Shown piece after piece: positions 1 to 13,709 of a stretch of 64,000 nucleotides of DNA. Every line of letters starts with the position of its first letter. Positions within the stretch are counted from its first letter, which is position 1. The DNA comes from Bispira polyomma (taxonomy: Eukaryota), in assembly GCA_965649765.1 (NCBI GenBank), contig OZ287748.1, positions 15,314,001 to 15,378,000 on the forward strand, read 5' to 3'. A program made the position numbers and the translations under genes. The notes under the pieces were generated by a model. That model worked only from the letters and a program-made list of their open reading frames with translations, ran no database searches and was not told the DNA's origin.

Positions 1-30
1 GATCCCAAACGGGTGGGGGGGGGGGGGGGG

Positions 31-3000
31 CATGTTTTATGTCAACCAGTTTCATATCGAAGTAAGAAGGAGGGGGGCTGAGAGGCAAGTGATTGTGAAA
101 CCGGCACTTCTTTAGTCAGGCTTTGTTCAGGCTTTCATGAAATGTATCTTTTTTTTACACATAAATGGTATATATGCTGATGATTAAGATATGGTTCCTC
201 AATTAATAATGTTGTTCTTATAAAAATGCCTAAAGTTTAGATCAAGCTGGGTTAATAATGAGTATAATGTGGTTCTTTATTCAGGCTTTCATGGAACATA
301 GGAAGACCTTAGGCTTTTTTACATGTAGAAGGTCATATGCAATTAATCATCCATTGAAATACCACTGACCAATCTGTAAATATATTTGTTAAATCTCTTA
401 TCTGAATTGATATGGAATGAATGTATTAATAAAGGGACCAGTAAATAAAGTTTGCTCTAGGTAAAAATACATTAATGCAGCCACCATAATTAAACAGACA
501 GACGGTAAAGTCTACCATCAATGGCAAAAGCTAATGCAATAAAATTATATAAATCTAATTAATAAGGAAAAAAATAAACAAAACAATTCTAATAATTGCT
601 GATAATATTAAAAATAGAGATAGAACACGTTAGTAAACTTTGTTACTATAATACCTCTGTTTAAATGTTACCTCATCTGTAAAGCCTATAAATATAAAAT
701 ACTACAGTTAATGATGTGGAGTTTATCCTTGTGATGAGTAATATTTTGTTGCGTTATCAGCTCGTTCGAGTTGAGTAAGAAAAGATTTAGCCCAACTTAA
801 AATAGACATCTTGTTGATAAGCTCAATATAAATGGCTCTCATTTAGTAGTGGGAAATATCCCCTATCTAGCTTTATGTGCGATTGGTTATTTACTTGTGG
901 TCAGGATTTTCATGCAACTCAATGAAATCAGCCTTTTAACTTTTTCCTACTCTTATTTTTGGATGGTAGACTTTCATTGCTGGCAAATCTTTAATTTTGG
1001 TTTTAAATGTTCTTGATCAATGTGTGGATTATTAAATCATTTGGAATTGTATGTTGCAAATAAAATTTGTTGAAAAAATGGTAAATTCGCTGGAGATTAC
1101 GTAACCAGTTATAACTGTATAATTCAGTATTGCTTCAGCATTACACCTTTTAGTAGGCAGAAAAACATCGGACAATTTTTGCATAGTTATAAACATGTAA
1201 ATTACAGAATGTAGATAGTAATATTTCTATTTCTTTGGAAAAGGATAGATATATGCTTTTTGTCAAGTACCAACTGACGCATTAAAGACAAATATTGTTC
1301 AGCCTTTACAGTAACTGTCATTTTTATATGACCAACTTTTTAGACCTGTTAAGTATCTGAGATTGTGTCATGTTTAGTTCGATTAACTGTTAAATTACTA
1401 GAGAATTTGAGACTATACATTTTAGAGTGATCAGGAGACTGTGTGTAAGAGAGACATGGTGAAATTTCTAACGTCTAGCGCTGTGGTGTTTTGAGGAAAT
1501 ATTGTCTGATATTAACCGAGGGTGATTGTCTATTTGACATTTTGTCCTGTGAGTTTATATGTATAAACAAACACCAGTGCAAAAGGAATAAAATATTACT
1601 TGATTAAAATCTGATATTATTAAATGCTATTTTTATTGTGATAAACAAGAGACAGTATAAAGTTTTTGTTTGCAATTTTGGAATATGTCAGACAGGTATA
1701 CAGATTTCAAATGTATGAGGTTTTAACTAAGAACACTAGTTTTTTTCCTGGACTCTATTAAGAAGGATACACTTTCAATAAATCTATACTGAAATACATG
1801 TACCGGAAGCTTGTGTCCTTTACTAATATGGATACTTGCATGGATACTCCAATATGAGGTATATATAAATATAGCATTGGATAAATATTTAGTCAGGCAC
1901 TTCCTTAACTATCTTGTGCCTGGTCAGGACATTGTATTTTGTGGCATACAAGATACTGCCTAAAGTAATGTTTAGATGTACACAGATTCGACATACCAGT
2001 ACAGTAACACTAATATAATATAATTCCTTGTTTTAGTTCTTAAGCAATAATTTACTTATCTCTGGATGGATTTTGATAATTTCTCAACCATTATTTTTAG
2101 AATTATATGGTGTTTTGCAGATGTTTCGACATAAGCATTGCAAATTCTGTTCAATTCAAACACATTTTAATTGAAACATTGATAAATGACACACAAAACA
2201 ATCCAATCATGGGATGTACTGGTTCTACAGAGATTCCAGACGATGCCTATATTAAGTCTAATGACAATCCTCAAGATTCGGGATGTTTTACAGATAAGTA
2301 TTTTAATCAGGACCAGAAACGTTTGGTTAAGGAATCATGGAAACTGGTCGACAACAACCGAGAGGAGAAAGGAGTGGCTATCTTCCTTAAAATATTTGAC
2401 AAGAGGCCGATTGTAAAACAGCTGTTTCCTTTCCGAGACCTTGAGGGTGAAGAGCTGTTGAAGAATTCACGATTTCGAGGTCATTCCAAGCGTTTCATGA
2501 ATGCCGTGGGGTCGACAGTGGATAACATTGATGCCTTAGATGTCAGTTGTGCTCCGACTTTATTGCAGCTTGGATGGAGACATGCCATGGTGGCAAACTT
2601 TATGAACAGTTACATGGACACCTTTGTGGAGTCGATACAAGAAGTCTTTGAGATTGAACTTGGACCAGAAGAAACCCCTCAGGTCAAACAGGCCTGGAAT
2701 TCTGTATTCAGATTCATCACTTCAAAAATAGAGGAAGGTTACCAGGATGCCCAAAGCAAACAAAAGCTGCAACAGCAGCAACTAAATCAGGATCATCAGC
2801 AAACAGAAGCAGTTAAGGCAGGCTCTGTAATAGAAAAGGATTTTCAATCTGACAGTAATACAGCTATTCATGTTAACGATATCACTTTATTGTATCCAAT
2901 AGAAACCAAAGAGGATAGACATATCGTCAAAATCACAGAAAATATGGTGTTGGGTCGAACCAATGAAATAAATGGCAATGTCATGAATCATTGTCCAGCT

Positions 3001-3905
3001 CCTCCTATTATGGAAAATCACGAATCAGCTGATCAATAGTATCTAATTGAGAACAAACAAATCATCAACAGTATTAGTACGGAACCAACTACTGAGACAG
3101 ATGTGTCATAACAGTTCAAAGCAATCATTGACAAATATAAAGACCAATAAAGAGACTTTTTATGTCTACTTATTGCAAACTGTTGGTTGGTCATTGTAGA
3201 CTTGTCTGTCTGGCATTGCTAAATATAAATGCTTTAAAACTATATTAAATGAGTGTGACATCTGCATTCGTAAAGCAAACATAATTCGTCATCAAACAGA
3301 GAATCCATGATTACATCTATTTTTTATACATGTGTATTTCTGTGTTCTGTGGTTTGTTTTTATCACTGACAGCAGGATTTTACATGTGTTTCTGTATTGT
3401 AGATAGACAGTTTATTTCAACAGTACAACTGTATTTTCATGCATAGGTAAACAACAAGATTACACATGCAACTTATTTGTATCTGTAATTAGGAATACCA
3501 ATAGCGATGCATAAATATTTAATGGGCCATTATTTACCATACTGGTGATCCATATATATATATACTGGTATTCCATACTTGTATGTCAAAGAGTAATATT
3601 TATGAATATAGGAGGTCATGACCTTTGACAGGACTTTAGTATAAAGAATTTATGATCTTGTTCATTCTCATGGAGAAATACTAAAATATTCACTTTTTAA
3701 TATATTGTAATATATTTAACTTATTTTTTGTGGGCAACACACTATATGATGAAAATAACATATTGGATCTATATTGTTTTTTCCACTATAATCCCAAGTG
3801 CTATCTGTCTTGGACTATTATGCCTCCAGCAACTGAAGGTATTTTGTTTGTAATAAGTTAGAGATAGCTGAAGTCACTAAAAACACGCACCACAGATTAC
3901 TTCTG
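31..3905 (+). repeat. Segmental duplication, copy 1 (globin plus flanks); paralog at ~31903-35710, resuming at ~48512-48595
   Basis: Collinear diverged matches, e.g. gtcaaccagtttcat (41 vs 31913), cagccaccataattaaa, aaatggctctcatt, aatcccaag..tatctgtcttggact (3790 vs 35671), gaagtcactaaaa (3870 vs 48557). Confidence 0.9.
2209..3039 (+). CDS. N-acylated (membrane-anchored) globin, globin-X/neuroglobin-like, copy 1; intronless CDS, 276 aa
   Basis: ATG at 2209 starts MGCTGS (Gly2 myristoylation, Cys3 palmitoylation consensus). Globin motifs: A-helix LVKESW, CD1 Phe in QLFPF, distal E7 His in FRGHSKRF, proximal F8 His in LGWRHA, H-helix AW. The upstream part of the ORF track (2107) is not conserved in the paralog; ttttgcag ending at 2120 looks like a 5'UTR splice acceptor. 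Confidence 0.9.
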   Translation: MGCTGSTEIPDDAYIKSNDNPQDSGCFTDKYFNQDQKRLVKESWKLVDNNREEKGVAIFLKIFDKRPIVKQLFPFRDLEGEELLKNSRFRGHSKRFMNAVGSTVDNIDALDVSCAPTLLQLGWRHAMVANFMNSYMDTFVESIQEVFEIELGPEETPQVKQAWNSVFRFITSKIEEGYQDAQSKQKLQQQQLNQDHQQTEAVKAGSVIEKDFQSDSNTAIHVNDITLLYPIETKEDRHIVKITENMVLGRTNEINGNVMNHCPAPPIMENHESADQ

Positions 3906-4059
3906 GGAGGGGAAACATAAGAAAAGACTTGTTGAATAAATATTACCTGGTCACCAAACTATACTTGATGTATTTCCACTCTTATGGTCTGTTTGCATCT
4001 ATGCCTAAATGTCTATATGTACAAGTCATATGTTTTGCTTTTTATAGGTATTTGGTGTT

Positions 4060-4600
4060 TATATACATTCTAAAATAAATAATTTCACCTCAGTGACGGA
4101 TATGTTTGATACACAAATGTTTGGAAACTGAGTATCAGAATAAATGTCCATGTAAACAATACCAAAGTCAATCGATGGCAACCAGGTGATGTGTGTGTTA
4201 GTGTTTTTTCTACAGTGGTGATTTGACGGGCACTGTTTTAGGGCAAATTGGTGTGCATGCTTTCTTTGAATCACACATGCAGCATTATAAATGACATAAT
4301 AATTATAATAATTGAGACATCTATGAAGAGACAAATTGATAAAAACATCCTCTAAGGCAGATATTCCAAGGTATGCTGGTAAAGTTTACAAGGCAACACA
4401 CAATTCCCAACAATGTTCTCACAACCAAAAGGACATTCATTGTTGTTTTCATTTTGCTTTTGATAAACTGTGCCTTTCCTATTGACATTACCCACTTGGA
4501 AACATATGCAATTATATGTTGCCTGATCACCTCTTAAAAGTGCCTACACCGAAATGTAAAGCAACATTTCACCACATTTGGAATTACCAACAACATTGCA
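4060..4600 (-). pseudogene. Possible highly degraded Crypton-like (DUF3504-type) tyrosine recombinase remnant
   Basis: Broken minus-strand frames give, in order, W*NVALHFG..RG, PCKLYQHTLEYLP..DVF and SNHHCRK. These resemble Crypton motifs HFGLRG, CPV..Y..YL and TNHSxRK. Many stops and frameshifts. Confidence 0.3.
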
Positions 4601-5591
4601 TAAATCAAGGAAAACACCCAAAATAGCTGGGATGCTGGTGCATGTTTAAAATTAAATATCTTGTCAAAACTCTGAATAATTTTGATCTTGTTTTTCGTTA
4701 AATTTTGGATTACCAAAGACTCAATAATGGGTACTTTGAACTGATGTATTGAAATCTTCCTGAACAATTATAACGCTTGAATAACCTAAAGTGAGTTTTT
4801 CAAATAAAATGTTCAAAATCATATGGAAGCCATGTATATGTCACAGGCCAAATTAAAATCCAAATTCATTTCTGAGCACATATAAAAGAGCAGTGCACCA
4901 AGAAAGGCTATGGGGATTACCACTATGGAGTTTTTGAAAAGGCATGAATCATACACTTAACCCTTTGTGAGGCATGTGATTTTTCACTGCAAACATTTAT
5001 TGCAATTACAGTGTTTTGCATTCAATCAGGGCAGTAAAGACATCAGGGAAAGTAATGAGACAAAGACAATTGCTAAACCAATTAATGACCATTAACAGTA
5101 GGTGGTGAAATAGGTAAGACAAATAATAGACTGACAAACAATAGACACACTATAAATGTTATTATTTTAATTATTTCAATAATTCTTATGTGTTGCATAC
5201 TCAGTACTTTACCAATAAATACAATCCCAAACCTTTTGACACCTATGTACTACCCCTAATAAGAAAATATTACACTGATAATACACTATTAATACATATT
5301 AAGCTAGTAAAAAACATTGGATTTTAATGTAGTATAGGGTAAACAAAACAAAAAAATTATTGGTGTGGTTAAGTTTAAATTTTACCCGGGTATACAGCAT
5401 TTTTATTAATGCAGTTACTATAATATTCCATGTATTATTGAATGCTTTGAACCATGAATGGAAAGTGCTTTAAAAGAAATAAAATAAATTCAATTTTAAG
5501 GTTGTTATCCGTACTTTTACTGCATACACAAATGATTAAAATTAAATAAATAATTAAAATTTGCCTCAATCTTAAATTTTATTTTCCCCTA

Positions 5592-5830
5592 TTTTAATCT
5601 CGCCTAGGCAAAATCAAAATGTTAATTTGGTCTAGGCAGATTTTAAATCCGCCTGGGCGAGATTAAAATTATACAAGACAAAACTGGAATTCCTAGGCAA
5701 AATCAAAATTTTAATCTCGCCTAGGTGGATTTAAAATTTGCCTAGACCAAATTAAAATTTTGATTTTGCCTAGGCGAGATTAAAATTTTAATCTCGTCTA
5801 GGCGGATTAAAAATCCGCCTGGATTTTAAT
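5592..5830. repeat. Palindromic/foldback array built on CCTAGG-centred units (MITE-like)
   Basis: ttttaatctcgcctaggcaaaatcaaaat (5592) is mirrored by attttgattttgcctaggcgagattaaaa (~5757-5785); several further self-complementary units. Confidence 0.75.
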
Positions 5831-8599
5831 TTGGCTTGTGACATATATACCTCTATTATAGCACTTTCAATACATCCACAAATCAAATATTTTTCAATTG
5901 AAGATATGTATCTTAACGTAAGTTCCCAATAAACAATGTTTTACATCTACAGCACAAGAACTAGCTGAAAATAGTAATATTATATACTTGCTGTATGTGA
6001 AAAATATACTTCTACACGTTCATATTTTAGTTAATAAAGTTTAAAGGTTAGATAGTGTATATTACTTTAGATGGGTTCTTGACAAGGTATTAAGTTTGTT
6101 TTGTTTGTTCATAAAATACTGTTGCATAATATTGTAGTATAATTTTATACCCTTTTATAGTGTAAATTTTATTAGATTATTGCGTTATATGAATTTATCT
6201 ATTCAGATTGTACATTAAGAAGTACATGTCATATCCCTGGATCAGTTTCTTGTATTTAGTGTTAACAAGATTTTTAAATCTTTTGATAACATTTAATAAC
6301 CTGGAAAAATATTTCCTCAGGAAAAATAGTTACTAGTGCATTATGATTTTGTTTTGTTGAATTTGGGTATTTCCAAAGACTGGAAGATGGATTCTTTCTA
6401 TTTTAAACTGAGGTATTTAAATATTTCTGACAATGAATAAACTTGAATAAATTTTTATTGTGCTTGTATTTTTTGTTTTAATCTTTGCAATATTTTCATG
6501 TCATAACAAAAATTAGGTTTTATAGCCCACCAGTGATACATTGGATTCTAATAGGCATTTTACAGTTGTTAAGATCCAGCATGCGTATTAATTTATTCAG
6601 ACAGATAACTTTCAATTGTAAAACATGTATTTTCAATTTTTTATAGAATTTTAAATTCGGTTCAATCCAAGGGCGATATAAGTTAAAATTTATAAGAAAT
6701 GATATGACATAAAACTCGGATAGTGTGGATAATAGGATTTAAAATGTAGCAATAATGTACATGATTTTACTTCTATTCATCGAACAATTCACCCTAGCTA
6801 TCTCAACACCTCTACTGACTTTGACCCAGAAAGGAATTGCAAGTACAACATGCGACCTGTTATCAATGTAAATGCTGTTTATTAAAAAGATTCTGCATCA
6901 AATGGAAACGGGGTCAAGTAAATATATTGTTCTGTTTCCAATTGTGATTAATTTGGCTCAAAGCGAATTGGCCAATGAAGTTTTCAAATTGAACTATAGT
7001 ATTCATTTACATAACTATGAACTATAGTAAAAATTTCCATACTGCCATCAGTGCTTGACGAAAGTTGAGATTTTCTTAGAATCTACTAGAAGATTAAGCA
7101 GCAGGAAGTTTGATAAGACATTACACAGAATATCATTGGGCGGATTAGATTGGATCTTTAATTCTTTGAGAAATTTCTATCCTATTTAGATGGGAACTAT
7201 TTCCATTTTCAGAATACTTATTAAGCATTTCAAGGTTTTTAAGAAAAATAATAAGAGATGATAAGTCACGAGACCTAATATTTTACAGTTATTATGTTAT
7301 ATTTATTTATATATAATATATGTGATCCTGCACATCTTACGTACTGATCAAGTACTAGATTTTCATTAGTGAAGCACATTGACAAGCGATAGCGGAAGCA
7401 ATTAAATTTGTTGAACCACAGTAAGTAAAATCAGAATTCCAATTTCTTGCATTGTAGCTTTTTATAAAAATTAAAATGAAACTATTGTATGCAATGGAGA
7501 AAATGAGACACTTTAGCTTCTAAGAGGTGATTATATGCTACCTTGGTAATAGCAGTCATTAGATGAACTCAAAGGTACTGATAACTTACATCAAAATTAA
7601 AAATATAAATGACAACCCTACAAACCTGTATAAAACATTAAGTAATAATAAAATAATGGAGAGGTAGGTGAAGTGGTATCATGACAACACTGTCGTTAGA
7701 AGTGCCTGGGGCAGACATTTCCTATTTCCTACTACATTTACATTTAGTTTCAAATTGTGGCAAATAAGAACTATTTTTTTATCCACAGACATGTGTCCAT
7801 GTGTGTGATAAATCTTCAAAACGTCCGTTTATTGAATCATAACGTTGCTGCCTCCTGACAGGACGATTATGAAACCATGTGCAATAGTTTAACTTTTTCA
7901 ATTCAAAAATGGTAGGGTGCACAACACCTGCAAGGAATAAAATGATCTTTCTCATCATATTTTTCGGAAAGTTTTACCTCCAATCGATTCTGAGATTTTT
8001 TTAGGGGAATGTATCTTTTTAATGGCTTTTGTTTGACAACTAAATTTGCCATGTATGTTACTTACCGGTAATCATGGGGTCAGTTTAATAAAAATAAAAT
8101 ACTTTTAAATGATCTCTGGGTTGAATTAATACCACCCCATTGAATCGATCATTTAAAGTGTGAACAAGACATAAGTATGGTGATTGTAAATCTGTAAATG
8201 GAAACAGGTCATAAGTAGTCAGTGAGTAGTCAAAAAAGGCACGCCCAGATGATAATAATAATTGGCTTAGTGATAAAATAAATGAGATGGATAAAAACAC
8301 ACACCTCGTCAGGGCTAATAATCTAAAGTAGCTTGGTTGCAGGATTTAGACAAAATAAATTACACAACACCAGTAACATAAAATAAAACTCTTTAGTGGT
8401 GTAATTTATTGCATACATAGAAAATGGTTATAGTAAATGACAGGGCAAATGAACTACAATAGAGCCATTATAAAAACAGATTATCATAAATAAATAATCT
8501 GATCGTATATTGCAGTTATCATAAAACATAATAAACTATCAGAGAAATGAAGGAATTCATATTTTAATAGATTACAGATAGCTGGTTACAGATTTACCA

Positions 8600-8806
8600 C
8601 AAACTAGTTCCAGCATTCAAAAATGACCTTGTATATAACTTTTTAAACAGGGAATTCTGCTGTACTAAGCATTTTCCTATTGTGAAGAACTGAAGGAAAA
8701 TAAAATAATATTTAAGGCATGTCAACTGCTTGCCAACTGACACCTGTTCTGTTAGTAACAAGGGCCTTCGACTACTTGTCGACAGCATTGGGGTTGAAAA
8801 GGTTAA
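8600..8806 (-). mobile_element. End of a non-autonomous DNA transposon (possibly piggyBac-like, TTAA end); second copy inverted at ~63752-63900
   Basis: tttaaacagggaattctg..tttcctattgtga..aaaataaaat and cttgtcgacagc..ggttgaaaaggTTAA match the reverse complement of 63752-63870. Confidence 0.55.
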
Positions 8807-9582
8807 GTATATATTTGTACTTTTTGCACCGAAAAGTTATTGAATGCCGTAAGTAGTCTGTGGTGTGTTGTAGTGACTCTAGCTATCTGTAACCTCTTAC
8901 CAAATATCGGCGATACTATTACCTTAGGGTTGAAAGTGTTCAGTTTTGTGACATCATTTATTCAAGCATTGCAACAATTAACCACAACTGGATCAAAATA
9001 ACAAGCTTGACAGTCACTGTGGGAAGATAATTGACAGAGAAAGTTCACATTTTAGCTTTGGTTAAGTTATTACCATCACCCCCAAGGGAATCCCAGACTC
9101 TTGTTACAATGATTTGTTGGAGTGCATTTAGTATTAATTTACAAGGGCACCCACACAAAAGACAATTTGGACTACTGTATTTTTTGTCCCTGCTCAAAGT
9201 TTTGGTCCCATTAGAGGACAGTAAAATGAGGAAACATAGATTTAAAGGAGATGATTTACTTCAATTTAAAGTAGGCATATTGTTAAATGCACAGGAACAT
9301 GAACAAAAGACAAGTTTTCAAGTCCAAAATTTATTATATTTCTTTCTTTTATTTTTTAAATCTAACCAATATTCCGTTCAATTTTGGGAAAATTAAAAAA
9401 ATCTTTAGGTGAATCAGACTGTGTTTTGTTCGAGACCGTTTTGTGGGCTGAGATTTTAATTTTCGGCAGAGGTGGGAAATGAGAGTGTTATCATTATGAC
9501 TGTGGACAGGTTTATCAAGAATACATAAGTGAAAGGGGGTTTGATTTTTTATACTTCAGTACAGGGTTGGGGGGGGGATTAT

Positions 9583-9951
9583 AATTACCTCATCTAAGAA
9601 GTTTTTGTTGGTTTGTTCATCAGTAGGATATAAACTAATCGAATTGAAAGAAAGGGATATCTTATATCAACCTACTAAATTTTGAGTGAATAAAACAATT
9701 AATTGGTCCACTTTTTGATGCTGCAGCGCTTTGGCAGGGGTATGGAATCTCCTGAGTGACCATTGAATTACCTCATCGAATAGATGTTCGTTGGTTTGTT
9801 TGTTTTTCACCAGGATAAAAACTAATCTAAATTGGAAAAAAGGAATATCCTATATCAACCTACTAAATTTTAAGGGAATAAAACAATTAATTGGTCCATT
9901 TTCTGATGCTACAGCACTTTAGGAGGGGTATGATCTCTTCTGAGTGGCCAT
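9583..9951 (+). repeat. Two ~183-bp tandem copies of a Helentron-associated (HINE/DINE-like) element
   Basis: Each unit starts aattacctcatc, contains a gtttgtt microsatellite and tatatcaacctactaaatttt, and ends ctgagtg.ccat; this resembles the ATTACCTCC..GTTTGTTTGT..CTGAGTGC layout of HINEs. Confidence 0.6.
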
Positions 9952-11499
9952 CACCAGATGAAGGATTTTGTAAATGGGAAGATGGGGTTCCAGAATATAT
10001 TGTAAACATAAATATAAAAATGTGGTTGTAAGACTTGTGTTTGCTGCAGCTCCAAGAATGATTTATGTATATGAGTGTCTTTCTAATTACACTTGATTTT
10101 ACTTAGAAGGATATCTGCAGAATCCAATCTATGACAATAACAAGAATATCTCATCAACCTCATCACCATTTACTTCCGACATAAATAACAATGTCTGTGA
10201 TCTCCTTCAGACACGACTTGGCAAGCAGTTCTAATTGAATAGTCTTTACTCTTCTCATTGGCACCCCAAAGTCACAAAGATGCAGTAGCTGTAGTGTGAC
10301 TTGAGATCAAAGGCTTAAAGCTTTAAATTGCTGAGCTTAAATTGCTGAGCTGCTGAACCTATTGGTTCTTATTACAAAACAATTGATCTACTTATACAGA
10401 AAAACTATGAAGTGTATGTTAAAAAATTACTTTTTATAGGATAATGTGCCAAAGATTAAAATGGATATTTCCAGGCTGAAAAGCTGGAATGAATTAATGA
10501 TATGTAATTATGTTAACATAATGAATTATGTTGAAAATGAAATGTAATAAAGATTTTGTAATCGAGAACTGATTGAAGCCTTTAATTTAACTTTTTATTG
10601 TACAGACTGCTGTGAAGTGTTATAAATATAATAAAAATTTGAATGAGAATTTCAACCTGTGATTTTTTTGTCAGGAAATTATTCTAATGCTAAGGGGGCC
10701 TGCAGGAAATTATATTATTTTGACAACTTAGAAAATTATTTTGTTATGGAGAACATATGGAGTGCCTATTTGTAATGAGTTCTGATTTGAAATCCGTTAT
10801 TTATTTTCTAAGGCTGGAATTTTCTTCTTCAGACATAAGGGAAGAGTAATGGATTCCTTTTATCTATGCAGTCAAGATATGATCATTTATTTGATCTAGT
10901 TTCCTTTTCTAAAACTGAGATGTTAGATTTGTATCAAATATTGGGGCGATTCAGCGTGGTTGTTTGATATACAATGCTTCTTTTTTAGGGGTGCCAATAT
11001 ATATTTCCAATAACAGTTTAAATAATCTCTGATTTTCAGGGAAAAAAAGAAAATTTGTGTCTTTGGATCACACGTCTATGGTTGCAGACCTTTGAATGAA
11101 AATGTCTAATTATTCCTTGTTTAATTTGATCTTGTGATCTTCTCTCTGATGCATGGAAGTCATTTTGTTTATGTCATCTTGTAATCGCTGTGGGGCTGAA
11201 TGGAATAACTGAACAAAATACAATTGACAAAATATTTATATTATACTTCTATAAAACAGGCTAAGAATTACACTTAAGGTCCTAAATAATTTGTTATTAC
11301 CACTGGTCTTGCCCATGTTTGATAAATTAAAAAAATGTAATAGGACCTTCTTGAAGTTCTTAAAAGCAATGATGATATAGGTACATTAACGCAAAGTTTT
11401 CATTATGAATGTTCATTTTCTGTTGTAAGATATACAACAGCATATGAATTCATTAGCAAATGGTAACTCACGCACAATTGATTGTAATAGTACTTATAA

Positions 11500-12005
11500 G
11501 TGGCATTCACACTGTCCATGTTCAGGCCCCGGCGTCGCCCAAGCCTTGCCGTTTACTCAAGACCCTCAGAACTTGGCTGATTGGGAGAAAAAAGGCGGGA
11601 AATAGTCATTTGCATTTGCATCTATTTGCATCCCCGTTTATGACCCGTTTATCCCTGTTTATGTCTGTTTATGCCCAGCTCATGTAACGGTTGTTTCAGT
11701 TTAATCAAGTTCTGGCAAGAACACACAAGTTCTAAACAGTTTAGGCCCTATTTACACAAGTTCTGAGCAGTTCAAGTCCCGTTTATGCACCGTTTATGCA
11801 GTTTCCTCCAGTTCTCTCAAGATATGCTTTCAGAGCCGACCACCCACAGAAGTTTTGAGCATGTTCAGGTTGTAGGTCCCATCTTTGCCGTTCATCCCCG
11901 TTTATGCCCAGTTTATGCCCAGTTTATACAAGTTTACTCAAGTTCACACACATTCTCAGAACGGAGTCGAACATGGACTGAGAATGTGGACAGTGTGAAT
12001 ACCAC
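11500..12005. mobile_element. MITE, probably PIF/Harbinger-type
   Basis: 19-bp TIRs gtggcattcacactgtcca (11500-11518) and tggacagtgtgaataccac (11987-12005), 1 mismatch; flanked by TAA/TTA-like triplets; internal short repeats (ccgtttatg). Confidence 0.75.
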
Positions 12006-12664
12006 ATTAACTTAAAGGGAGTTGCTGCATAAGCATTTTGGAATTTACAACTAAAGTAACAAGTATAAAATGTTATTGAAATGTGTTGCAAAAATTTTTT
12101 TCAAAGTCTTTTTAAAGTCTCAGATTTTGGTCTTAGATCCCTTGACAGTAAGAAAATATCTTTGGTTTGCTGTTAATGCTTAGACTAATAGTAGGCAGTT
12201 TTAAATATTTTAGACATGAACGTATACCTTCAGATTTAGTTTAGGCTAAGACTGTTTGTCAATACAGTCCCTACCATATATTAGTGTACAAAGAAAGATA
12301 TAAATATTTTGTCAACATACAAGTAGTTGAGTTCCTTGCTTAAAGCTCCATTTAAATGAAAAGTAAATAGGTTATTCCCATTACAAAAAGTGACGCAATA
12401 TTTTTGTCAATATTTCAGACATGAAAAATGTTTTTGAAACTTCGATTAAACTTATTAAATAAAGTTTTATAAAACTACAAAATGTGACACAAAAACTAAA
12501 ACTAATTATGCCAATAAATATTTATTTTGAAGGCCAATATATGTTGACTTTAAGCACTTTCCTAAAGTAGCACAATATGGGTAAAATTTTACAAAAATAC
12601 CTTAGGAGATTATAACACTTTCCTTACATAGTTATTGTTCTGTATTGTATTACTATGCTCAGTA

Positions 12665-12892
12665 CAGTACCTCCCTGTAGTCTGGTTAGAAGCTCCTGCT
12701 TCACAATCACAAGTTTCTCACAAACGTGGGTTCGAATCCTGTTCATGCCTTCATGTGGGAAAATTTGTCAAGTAGCTGCTGTAGGCTGGTGGCTTACAGT
12801 GCTTCACCAATGGTTTTTTCCACCATTTAATCTGGCCGTTGTGATATGACCTAAGCTGTTATAAGCGTTGTTAAACCCAACAAAAACTCAAA
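12665..12892 (+). mobile_element. tRNA-derived SINE (degenerate), MetaSINE-like 3' part
   Basis: A-box-like tagtctggtt, B-box ggttcgaatcc (~12729), then ttccacca..gatatgacc..gttaaac and an A-rich tail; shares gcttcacaatcac and atgtgggaaa with the SINE at 58526. Confidence 0.7.
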
Positions 12893-13709
12893 TTCTTCCA
12901 CCATTGAATGTGACTAATGTGATATGATATGATGTAAAACACAACTAAAGTCAGAGAATAAGACATTCATCAAAGTTCCCCGAGACAGTTCTGATAATGG
13001 ACAACAATTTTAAGCAGCTTTCTGAGCCCGATTGTATCTGCCTGTATTTCAGAGTCCTAGGATTAGATTGAATTTAAAAGTCCTCTGAATTTGAATTTAG
13101 TTTTCTCACATGAAGAACGAACAGAATTCAAGGAAGGAGCATTAATTGCCCCCTAGCCTTTCAACCAATCAAATATTGGGGCTTATTCTCTAAAATGATG
13201 ATTTAAAGTTACATTTTGGAATAAAAATATTAATATTCTCAAAAATATTGAAAAAGCGGGAGCTGCATAGATGACCTGATAAAGTTTCAATTTAGAACTA
13301 TATAATTTAGGGGTTCTCAAAGTGGCTTGAACCAAGTTGACGGAATGCTCTGTAACATGACACAGTAGCTCATTAGGTGTCAGGATTTTTAGGGGATTTA
13401 GAGCATCACTATTGCAGGGATTGGTTTTGCTGTAAAAAATCAGAGGGCAGCCGAATGAAATGAGTTTGAGGTCAAGGTCATAAGATGGTAGTTTGACCTT
13501 GTGTGTGAGGTTTTGAAAGGTAAGAGGTCAGATGCAGTTTGGGATATTTATTTATAAATCTTTAGCTTATAAATGTTTAGCTTCTATGTACAACTATACA
13601 GAAAATTTTGGATAAGAACTAAAATTTTAACATGCCAATAAGCAAGTAAAGGGTTTAAAAAACCCAACACATAAGATAAAATATAAGAGTAAGGTAACTC
13701 ATACACAAA

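Noticed and set aside
2107-2208. N-terminal extensions of the globin ORFs (also 33661-33732)
   Set aside because: Not conserved between paralogs, and they would mask the Gly2 acylation motif.
3040-3111. In-frame continuation after the globin 1 stop (..TETDVS*), possible readthrough
   Set aside because: The paralogous stretch in copy 2 is out of frame and contains a stop; at most a decayed ancestral tail.
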